A model generated the notes under the pieces. The model did no database searches. It was given only the letters and a program-made list of their open reading frames with translations, and had not been told where the DNA came from. This document shows, in pieces, positions 38,596-48,818 of a stretch of DNA of 64,000 nucleotides. Positions within the stretch are counted from its first letter, which is position 1. Each line of letters begins with the position of its first letter. The translations under genes and the position numbers were made by a program. Where the stretch lies: the NCBI RefSeq assembly GCF_027921745.1, contig NC_079239.1:2170001-2234000 (forward strand), written 5' to 3'. Source of the stretch: Schizosaccharomyces osmophilus (Eukaryota).

Positions 38596-40239
38596 ATGAA
38601 TAGTGTTTCCTTTCCGCTTGACCAGCACTTAGAGAAAGATGACAAGCAAGATGCTTTTATTAAGCATTCTGAAGCGTCTGCTACTACCGATCTGGAAACC
38701 AATGACCATATTCCGAGATCTCCTTCAAGGGAAGAAGATTTCAATTCTGAGGAACAGAAACGGCTAAGCAGACTACGGCTGAAGAGTGATATCCGAATTA
38801 TACCTTGTCTCTGGATTCTTTACTTCTTAGCTTGTTGCTTACGATTTTCCGTCTCGCTTTCTTTCACCATGAATTCCCAACAAGGTCATAGCCTCATACA
38901 AACATTACCCGGTTATACTCCCCATCTTCTTTCTTTAGGTCTCGCTCTTTTTTATGTGGGATACGTTATATTTGAGGTTCCTTCTAACTTAATGATGGTT
39001 TTCGTCGAACCCTCTGTTTGGGTTGCTCGTATTCAGTTTACCATTGGTGTCGTTGGTTTGTGTCATACAGTCTTGGGAACGAAATATGGTAACGCAAAAG
39101 CATTTGTTGCTCTACGCTTTTTCTTGGGTGTTGCAGAGTCTGGTTTATGGCCAGGTTTAGCTTATTACATGAGTCGTTGGTACCAGGGCCAACACCTGGG
39201 AAAACGAATTGGATGGTATTACACTGCTGCCCAGATTGGTGCTGCTGTCGTAAGTTTGGTTTCTGCTGGCTTCCAAAAAATGGATAATGCTCGAGGTTTA
39301 TATGGCTATCAATGGATGTTTTTGATTTGGGGCGTTGTTTCTGTTGCCCAAGCTCTCACTATACCTTGGTGGTTACCTGCAGTAGACAATTATCAAAAAA
39401 ATAGACGAGACCTTTTATCTTATATCCCTCTTCCCAAATGGATGAAGTATATGTCTCCGACCCGCATGCAATTTCTCGATCAAAAAGAAAAGCATCTACA
39501 TCGCCGCTACATGTCAGGTATGAATGTAGGTAAGCAATGGACTTGGATGGATTTGTTAAAGTCTTGCTTGGATCTTCGCGTATGGCCTTTTGTTTTGATT
39601 TACTTCGGTGTTGTTGGTGTAGGTAACGGTATTTTTGGATACTGCACTTTAATTATTGAACAAATCAATTCCAACTTTTCGAGTACCACTGTTTCTCTTT
39701 TGAACGCTCCAATTTGGGTTTGTGATGCTTTGGGTATTGTTTTAGTTATGCCTCTTTATGATCGCTTCCGTTACAGACTGACATTCCTTAGTTCAAGCTG
39801 TTTAATAATCATTGCTGGTCTTTGTGTTGCGACATATGCCCACACACCCTGGTCACGCTATGGTGGTCTGTTGATGATTGGTTTTGGTTTGGGACCTACT
39901 GTTCCCATTTGTATGGCTTGGTGCTCTGAGCTGATGGTTGTTTCATATGGTGATGTTGGTGTTGCTGCAAGTTTAGCCCTAGTATCCGGTGTAGGAAATT
40001 TGGGCTCTGTTGTGACAACGTATGCGCTTTACTCGGGTTGGCCTGCAGATACTACGTACCACAAAAGCAACGAAGTTTGCATGGGACTTATTGGTCTTTC
40101 CATCATTTCCGGATTTGTCGTCTATATTTTAGAAAAGACGGGTTTTGGCCAGTTTCGTGCAAGTTTTTGGGCAACTGAAACGAAAGAACAAGAGCCCACT
40201 ATGTATGAATCACAATTTGAGGAGAACATCTCTCATTGA
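38596..40239 (+). CDS. vht1: MFS (allantoate permease family) biotin transporter Vht1
   Basis: About 12 hydrophobic segments. DIRIIPCLWILYFL, FEVPSNLMM and LRFFLGVAESGLWPG closely match recalled S. pombe Vht1. Confidence 0.9.
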   Translation: MNSVSFPLDQHLEKDDKQDAFIKHSEASATTDLETNDHIPRSPSREEDFNSEEQKRLSRLRLKSDIRIIPCLWILYFLACCLRFSVSLSFTMNSQQGHSLIQTLPGYTPHLLSLGLALFYVGYVIFEVPSNLMMVFVEPSVWVARIQFTIGVVGLCHTVLGTKYGNAKAFVALRFFLGVAESGLWPGLAYYMSRWYQGQHLGKRIGWYYTAAQIGAAVVSLVSAGFQKMDNARGLYGYQWMFLIWGVVSVAQALTIPWWLPAVDNYQKNRRDLLSYIPLPKWMKYMSPTRMQFLDQKEKHLHRRYMSGMNVGKQWTWMDLLKSCLDLRVWPFVLIYFGVVGVGNGIFGYCTLIIEQINSNFSSTTVSLLNAPIWVCDALGIVLVMPLYDRFRYRLTFLSSSCLIIIAGLCVATYAHTPWSRYGGLLMIGFGLGPTVPICMAWCSELMVVSYGDVGVAASLALVSGVGNLGSVVTTYALYSGWPADTTYHKSNEVCMGLIGLSIISGFVVYILEKTGFGQFRASFWATETKEQEPTMYESQFEENISH

Positions 40240-41068
40240 GCGTGTAGATATTAGACCATTATTCAATCATAATAATGCTGATTCTTTTGCATTAAATATA
40301 ATTGGTTTTCAGTTTTCCCCAATCTACGCATTCGTTTCGTTATGGATTTATCGTGCATTGTTGCTTTTGAGCAGGTTAATGTCACATAAATAAGAATATC
40401 TCTCCCTTAAGAGACGCAGAATCCGGAATGTTGTTTTAACTGTTTTAGTATTGTAATTACCACTTGGCAAATCCTTCCCTGTAAGTCTATATCAGCATGT
40501 TTCCTTACCAGACTTTCATTTAAAAGTAATACAATTTGGTAGCCAAATACTGGGTGCGCGCTATAAAAAAAAACGTAGTATTCTCTTAATTGCTGTTGTC
40601 TAAATTTAAAGAACCTTGCCTTACGCCTAGTAAAGGGCATACAATTGCGCTAAAAATTGCCCGAGGTTGATAGTACGAGATGGTTTGAATGTAGCAGCTG
40701 AAGCATTTGTACATAACGGAATTGCCATAATCACAGAAAGTATGGCTTCATCATACAGAATCTGAAATGATATTAAGTAACTACGCCTATGGCGTCAGTT
40801 CCTATTTACTTTGTTTAATCCTTGGAGACTAAGATACTTCGAGTACAAATGCAACAGTTCTCTCATACGGCAAGTACTATGCTCGTCCTGTCGTGGAAGA
40901 ATAAGGAATTATTTCTCAAATTATCTATAGTTAAGGGCAATTACTAGGTGTTGTAAAGGGGCACATAAAAAAAGTGGGCGAATCTATTCAAGCAACAGAA
41001 AAATCAAGCTGAACATTTATAAAGATCATAAAGAAAAGAACTTGAATCCAGAATACATAGAAAACGCC

Positions 41069-41931
41069 CTAATAACACTACAAAAAGTTAGCAAATGCAC
41101 CATTTATGATAAAAAAATAAGGGAAGCTTGAAGCAACCCCCTTTAAACATACTGTCACATTATCAGTGGCACGAGTGTTCAACAATAAAGCAACAATAAG
41201 ACCGTAAAGTCCCAAAACTTCAGCGAAAATGAGAATCAAAATCATAGCTACAAAAAGACGAGGCTGTTGAGCAGTACCCCGAACACCAGCGTCACCGACA
41301 ATACCGATAGCAAAGCCAGCAGCTAAACCGGCTAAACCTACTGAAAGTCCAGCCCCAAGCTGAATAAAACCGCTGTAAAGGCTAAGAGTTTGCTTAAGAT
41401 TACCGGAGATTAAAACAGAAACGACCAAACCATAAATTGCAATAATACCAGCCATAACGACAGGAATGGTGTTTTTACTAAAACAGGTTAGACATTTTAA
41501 GATAAAAGCTTTATATAAATGAAAGACTCTCGACAGCGTTACTCAGTCTTTGAGAAGGGGCAATATATCATCAGGCGGTTACAGCTCTATTCACTACGAG
41601 TGAATCGCCAAAGCAATAGGAAAACTGCTACTATTCTGTAAAACGGTATTGCTTCGATGTCTGCATAGAATCTTCATGAGCTATACTTACACAATAAGGT
41701 CAGGACGCAAAACACCCATGGCACTGATACCAACACCGGCTTTGGCAGTACCATAAGCAGCACCAAAGCTAGCAAATACAATTGCGGCGGTGCATCCCAT
41801 TACACCAAAGAAGGGAGCGTAGCTAGAAGGTCAGAAATATTTCGCTATCAAATTCCGACATACACAGGGCTATACTCGTTAGTTATAAGATTTCAATTAA
41901 CATTGTACACTTACCAAAGATCTGTAGGCAT
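41069..41931 (-). CDS. vma3: V-ATPase proteolipid subunit c; exons 41931-41915, 41869-41864, 41822-41691, 41477-41153, 41077-41069
   Basis: Spliced product [18 protein letters not shown]...[27 protein letters not shown]. All four introns are canonical. Confidence 0.96.
41541..41681 (-). ncRNA. Candidate box C/D snoRNA in vma3 intron 3 (target unidentified)
   Basis: Minus strand: ctcATGAAGA (C-like), CAGA (D'-like), two hairpins, TGATGA (C'), 20-nt spacer, then CTGAgt (D). Confidence 0.6.
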
Positions 41932-42532
41932 ATTAAATATAAATTATGGACTAAAGAAGTACTTTTACTGTTTTCGTACTGAATCGTTTTTCGCAAGTCG
42001 ACGAACAGTGTTAGCTATTACTGTAGCAAAGCATAGGAAGGGTGAGGCAGTTCCAAAAATCTAGGATATAACTTTGGATGTTTTAAACAAGAGAGTGAAA
42101 ATAAGACAAGAACGAAATAAACAATGTAAGTAAAACGTGGTATTATTCTTGTGTTTTATCGTACTGAACTTATTATCGTTTCTTTTGGATCCCTTATCCA
42201 GCAATTCATAAATTCCAATTCTTTTTATTATCGCAAAATCTATGTATAGTTAAACAACAAACCTATATAACCAGTATCCATAACCAAGAGAACCCCGTGT
42301 TTAATCTCAGACAGTAGGATAATGCACAGCAACTTGACGTATAATGAAGAAAAGAGTAAAACTAGTCTTCTCCAGTAATTTTTTGGCAGGACGTTTTGCG
42401 CAATTTATCCTACTTGCATATGAAAAGACAAATTTTTTAATATATCCATTTTTTAATGGTACGGCACGTCACATTCATACGTTTATCAACATTAAGCCAA
42501 TTTCCTTTGTATTATTTTTTCTTCTTCCCCTT

Positions 42533-45208
42533 CTAATTTGAAGACATTGATGCAACTTTGCTGCCTAGAGAACCAAGAGGTTCGCCTACTGCCAATTGTG
42601 AAAAGCCATGGTACATGCTCTCCATATCTACAGGGGATGTGGAAGGCAAGTTGAACAAATTGTGAACCATACTAGCAGTGAGACGCTTATAAATGGGTTC
42701 AACATTGGCTGCATTTGTATTCGACTTGATGACAGCTGAAACACCGTACTTAAAGTCACCCAACAAGGACTTCGTCGGTTCGATGACAGGTGGTTTCGAA
42801 GCTGGAACCTTACTAGCCAATGTGCCGCCGTAGACATGCAAAGCAGATTTGTCATCAAGAAGGAGAAAAGCACCATGAGCAAAATGCAAGGCCAATGGAG
42901 AATTCTTAAATATATGCAAGGAAAGTAAGTTTGGATAATCACTCGAAAATATCAGCAAACGAGAATAAGAAGAATTTGTGTCTACTACAGCAAACTCTTG
43001 TCCGTTTCGACTCGTGGCCAAAAGTCCAGTGAACTTACCAGCGAGTGTCCACTGAGCGGTCATAGAAACCACGTTCCATACCATCAGACGACGTTGAGAA
43101 ACAATTACCAAGTATTCTTCTCCAAGAAACTTAATATTCTCAGTAGGACCACCGTGAGGAACTTCAATGGTAAACATTGTCTCAAGAGACTCGCTATGTA
43201 CTAAGTGCACGCAAGCATCAAAACCAAATGCAATTATAGATCCGTCCAAAGAACTTGCAAGAGCATGAGAAAACGAAGAAGCAGATGAACCTATAATGTT
43301 TGCGAAACGGCGCATTGCCGAGCAAACCCAAGTTCGGGAATTTAAAGTCCAAATACGTAACGTCGCATCAGTTCCTAAAGTGATAAATTTATTGCCAGTA
43401 GTCATGCCTATAAGACCTAAGACGCCTTGGTTATTGTCGTGAGGCTGGTCAATACGAGTCATCAATTTCCAAGCCTTAGCTATGGCATCAAATTGCCAAA
43501 ACTTTAAAGCTTTCTGTTTTATCTTCCTCTGATGTTGGTCAACGGTATTGGTTGTCCAGCAATCAAGAGTTGCAATATATGAATCATCACTAGAACTGGC
43601 AACCGCAATTGAGGAAATGTAACCAGTCTCATTATTAGGAGATGCTGCTGCTGTTTTGGAAACAGAACCATACGAGTAACGAGCGACCTCGCAATTGCGA
43701 ATGCAAGCATCGGCCTTTAAATCATATTGCTGTAAAGCAACAAAGTGACCATTAAAACAAGACGAATAAAGCAGCATCATTTCTCCTTGATTGTTAATGG
43801 TGGAAATGTTAAAGACTTCACTAGGCACTTTTCTATCATCCTCAGACTCCTCTTTGTTGAAAGAACTAGGAATCATGTGATGAATACCGCGAACATGGAT
43901 CTGTTCTGTCAAATCGACAGCTTTAATTACGGTCAAAGAGTTATCTCCAAGATGCAGAGCATACGAGTCAGAGTTCTTGGAGACAGAGATGGAATGTATG
44001 GAAGAACCCAAACGAGGCAAGAATTGTCGGTGTGAAGTTTCCAAAGTCCACAAAACCAAGACACCTTCTTGACCACCAGAAACCAAATATTCGCCATCCA
44101 AAGCCCATGTCAAGCCACCTAAAGCATTTGCGTGCCAATGCAGAATTCGAGGGCCGGAGACTCGGCTGCTGGTAAAATCAGAAAAGGTGTGGATTCGCCC
44201 TTCACTATCAGCCACAGCCACCTTCGTCTCATGGATAGCGATGTGAGTCAGGGCTTGAGGTTGATTAAACTTGTGTTCATGGACTTCCCAACGCGACTGG
44301 TGCTTCTTTTTCTTGGGAACATTAACGGCAAACATTACCTTGTCATTGGTTAAAACACCCACAGTGGGGCAATTGGCAGATGTCTGACTGCTAGAAAGAG
44401 CAATAAAGTCATTGAATTTGAAGATAAAGGTAGGGTTTAAGCTCGATGACTTTTCAGACACGGAAGGTAAAAGGGCATACAGGATGAAACGCTCGTTGGA
44501 AGGGCCAGACTTTGATGGTTGAGCATCGGTAACAGCAAATAAAGTATTTCCAGAAAACGTAGCTGCATGAACGTGGGTGGAAATTTCCATGGTACGGAGA
44601 AGTTCTGTAGTAGCCCAATCATGAACAGACACAAATCCAGAACGAAACACAAGATAAAGCTCAAAAGCATTTTGAGGAGACAGCAAAACAGCAACCGGGG
44701 TGGAATCGTTATTTTGAGTTGTGAAGAAAATTCGATTGACGCATTCCCCGGTAATTAATGAGAATATGCCAACAAAAGTGTCATATGTAATAAACAAAAA
44801 CCTTGTTTCAGTTAGTAATTAGGAGAAAGATGAGAAGAATGAACTAGAGTGAATAAGTTAAAAGGCACAGGATGAAATCATTTTCTCGATAATTGCACCT
44901 GATCATACAAAGCTTCATTCACATGTAAAAATAAACTTTTACTTTTTCAATCCTGCTGTTTATAAGAGTAAATAATCGCTTCTTGAACACTTTTCTATAA
45001 AGAGTAAAAGTTTTGCCTTCCAATCCAATTGTCTCTTAACCTGTGGCTTTTACGTTCATTCATTATTTACTTACTTGTTATCGTTTGAATAAATTGCAGG
45101 CAACTGAGGAACCATACGACCGCCTAAATAGGCATGTTTTGTCCAAGGGTCTTTTACCTCTTTACGACCCATAGAAGGATCTTTTTCGGCTCTTTTCACC
45201 TCTTTCAT
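42533..45208 (-). CDS. nan1: UTP-A / SSU processome WD40 protein Nan1/Utp17; exons 45208-45075, 44801-42533
   Basis: LGGRMVPQLPAIYSNDNK|FLFIT across the intron. LHWHAN, LVSGGQEGVLVLW and QFLPRLG motifs. Confidence 0.92.
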
Positions 45209-45411
45209 TGTCTCTTTCCTTGGGACTAAAGAAAAAGATTTAAATATACAAGGTAAACAAAGCAATGGTGGTTGGGTAAGGATAGGTTCAGTAAGACTAT
45301 GAATCGACTGCTCACACTGAATTTTCTTGGTGGAGGAAGAGTGCTGTGAGGGTTTTTTAACTTTCCACCAACAAACACCAAGAGGGGACGGGACATATAA
45401 TAAAAAGGAAA

Positions 45412-46118
45412 ATGATTATTCCAATTCGTTGTTTTTCTTGTGGAAAGGTAAGATTGCTGTCGTTGAATGGAAAAAAAAAGTTTCTGGTTCCAAAGTCTCA
45501 AGTTTGAGCGAGTGATTAGAAGAAGTACCTTTTAGCTCTTGAACGCACCTACGGTTGAAGACGAGTAATCGATCTAAAAAACAAAAACAAATAAAGAGAT
45601 TACTGCACGGTTTCTTCGGCGAAAGTTTGTGGCAGTAAGCTCATCTGAAAATTTCTAGTATCCAGGAATTGGTATTTAATAGACGGCCATGGCTGTATAA
45701 CTGCTGGATATCTGTATTCAGGTTATGATTTTGAATTTACGATGAGACTGGAAAGATTCAAGTTTTAGTGGTACTTTTTACGAAGATGCTTGCACGAATA
45801 TATGGATGACTATTGAACGGAACGAATTTCCATGCTAACGTTTATTGTTCCAAGTGGGATTAAGAAGGTTGAAACTAACAAATTTAGGTTATCGGCGATA
45901 AGTGGGATAGCTATCTTACTCTTCTTCAGGAGGACAACACTGAAGGTGAAGCCCTAGACAAGTTGGGCTTACAGCGCTACTGTTGCAGACGTATGATTCT
46001 TACTCACGTCGACTTAATTGAAAAGTTACTTTGTTATAATCGTAAGTCGAAGATGGTTTCTGTTTCAGTAATGGTTTCTAACGGTTTTGTAGCTCTTTCG
46101 AAGCAGAAGAACATGTAA
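45412..46118 (+). CDS. rpb10: Shared RNA polymerase I/II/III subunit Rpb10; exons 45412-45447, 45888-46041, 46093-46118
   Basis: Spliced product [18 protein letters not shown]...[30 protein letters not shown]. Confidence 0.97.
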
Positions 46119-46793
46119 ATTCCACATATCGGCTAAAACAACTATACCAAAGAAAATGAGAGTCACTTTTTGGATATGCGAGAATATTATCGTATTTTTG
46201 AATCGGAGGCTATGGTGAATGTCTCTGCTTACGGCTTTCCTAGAGATTTCATCTTTTTTCGACACAGTTTTTATGAGCTATGAGAACTGTTTTTCATGGG
46301 TACATGGAAAACTGAAAGCTGTTGCTGTTTAATCGCACGATTAAATTTGGATGTTTCCGGACAAGCTGGACTTTTCATGTTAATTTTATTTTTAAGTCTT
46401 ATAATTTGCATATAGAATGCTTGGGTAAATCCAATAGGATTGATTTTTTTTGGTTATTTGGTAAACTTATGTTCATATATTGAAAGATGAAAAATATTTG
46501 TAAACCGTTATATAAATTCTGTATACTTAATCTTGAAGTGTAAGAATGGAAACATTGTCTCGAATCGTAAAAGAGCTTAAGTGCTGATAATCGTCTTCAT
46601 AACCAGCTAGCTATTCGATTTGCGAATTTTTATTAGCTTTAAGTTTGTTTTGAAACTTGTTTAATATATAGGCATAATTTAGGGAAATTATCGAATTTAT
46701 TTGTGCACAAATTCTCGAGTCCTCAGAATCAGATATTGTCATTACGAAAACGTCCAAGGCACGATTTTATCTTCCCCTCCCCCATCTCTTCTC

Positions 46794-47549
46794 ATGGATA
46801 AAGAGTCCTATGATTATTTGGTAAAAGTTGTATTAGCAGGACCTTCAGGAACTGGCAAGTCCTGTCTGTTGGAACGATTTGTCAAAGGACGATGTAATAT
46901 TTGACATTTGGCAAGAGAAATAGCAATACTAACCTTTTTAGGGAATGATGAAATTCAACATACAGTAGGAATTGATTTTGCTAGTAGGATTGTGATTGTT
47001 GGTATGGGAAACCAGCAAAAAAGGATCAAACTTCAACTATGGGATACTGCTGGACAAGAAAAGTTTCGAAGTGTAGCACGAAATTATTATCGGGGAGCAG
47101 CGGCAGCAGTACTCGTGTATGACATTACAAATAAAGAATCGTTTTGTGAACTGTCTTCTTGGGTGTCAGATATTCGTGCTATGGCTTCATCTTCTCTATG
47201 CGTCGTTCTGGCTGGAAGTAAGTTTGATTTACAAGGACAACGGGAAGTAAGTACAGAAGAAGCGGCAGAATTTTGTTCTGCGAAGCAAATCGCTAGCGCA
47301 CATGAAACGAGTGCATACTCTGGTACTCAGGTAGATGACTGTTTCTTGTCAGTGGTATCTACCATATTGACACGAATTGAACTTGGAGAAATCGATCCCC
47401 AAGATCAATCTTTAGGAATACAATACGGAGATTTAAGCACTTCTCAGCCGTCACATAATACGAGCGTTACAAACTGGTGGGCTTCTATAACAAATTGGGA
47501 TGATTTAGTTCGATTGGAAAGGCAAACTCGCTCTCGATGTTGTTTATGA
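46794..47549 (+). CDS. ypt4: Rab GTPase Ypt4 (Rab4-like); exons 46794-46893, 46942-47549
   Basis: GPSGTGKS P-loop, WDTAGQEKFRS, ETSA and a C-terminal CC prenylation motif. Confidence 0.93.
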
Positions 47550-47988
47550 GTTCACTTACTCACCCTCTCTTTATTTCGTGTTGTATACTTTACTTTATTA
47601 TCCTACGTACAAGCAGGTAATCTTCCTACTATTGCTGTATCCTACACACAAATTGTTACTAGACGACTTTTATGGCTATTACTGTTATGAACACTGATGA
47701 TTACATAATGAATATAATCAATTTTGTAACAAACATCAAAATTGAAGGAATGTTAAAATTTAACAACCGCTGCTTGCGATATGTAGTATCTTATTTCGTC
47801 ACATTAATTCATTCATCAAAACTCGCATAGAAGATGGATAGTACTCATCTACTGCTAAATGCATTTGTAGAATCCTCGTTCATAGAGTTGTGATTCGCAT
47901 ATTTTCAAACTCAGTTTCCATATTAGCAAAGTAATTTCATCACAACAGTACCATCCGTAAAATGTTTTCGTGTATATAGAATTATCTT

Positions 47989-48282
47989 CTATTGCTGCTT
48001 TTCCTGTTCTTCTGGTTTTACAATATCAATGTGATCGGGAAGTCTAGCAAAGTCGGTCCTGGCTCTTCCGCCCTGAGAAAAAGGTCTTGGTGGATTGCTA
48101 GGAATAAGAGTTAGTAACATCTTTGAGTAAAATCTCATTTACCTAAGAGGGACTCCTCCAGGACCATGGATTGTATGAGGTTTCAGGTCTTTAGCTGCAT
48201 CCTTCAAACTGGGTTTCGATTTGGCAGGAGCTTCTCCGTTTTCTGGTGAATTAGATAAAACGTTGTTTTTATTCGATTCCAT
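47989..48282 (-). CDS. Small hydrophilic 82-aa protein, probably Schizosaccharomyces-specific (position of SPAC1B3.20); exons 48282-48143, 48097-47989
   Basis: ATG in AAAATG context. A 45-nt intron GTAAAT..TACTAAC..TAG gives an open frame: MESNKNNV...HGPGGVPLSNPPRPFSQGGRARTDFARLPDHIDIVKPEEQEKQQ. Confidence 0.72.
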
Positions 48283-48818
48283 TTTAGAATTGAAAGAAGT
48301 TCTTCAAGTTAAGCAGAAATTGACCTGGTTGACTTACATTACGTGAATCCTGCCACTAGGCTAGCTACTATACTTTAGAAACGCATATCACGTATTCTGA
48401 ATGTTTTGTTAGGACAGCGAATCCTTCTGGTAAAAGTAATTCTTTTTATTTACAACTGTTTAATATCTTTCGGAATAGGTATGAACCCGTAACTGATTTT
48501 TTGAACAAATAACAATATTCAACGTCGTCTTCCTTTTCACAATTTCCTAAAGTGAAGTATTTTATAGTCTATTTGAAAATACAAGAAAGATTTTGGATGC
48601 TTCATTAGAAGTCTATACTATAGACACACGCTTTGGCTGTTGGAACAACCATCTTTATTGAATTTCCTAGCATACATCACGCTTAGCGTTGGTTGCTGTC
48701 TCTTATTACTACTGTCTTTTTTTTTAATATCTTCCTTTTTCTTTCTCTTTATTTGTTGAAGACATCGTTGACTGGCGTCGTAATTGCTACTCTTTAGTAT
48801 CCTTTTGGGTTGTTGAAA

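Noticed and set aside
45546..45554. CACCTACGG in the rpb10 intron, complementary to the 18S 3'-end sequence CCGUAGGUG
   Set aside because: Only 9 nt and not adjacent to a C/D or H/ACA box arrangement.
45596..45712. Two tandem hairpins resembling an H/ACA snoRNA
   Set aside because: No ANANNA hinge between them and no ACA after the second hairpin on either strand.
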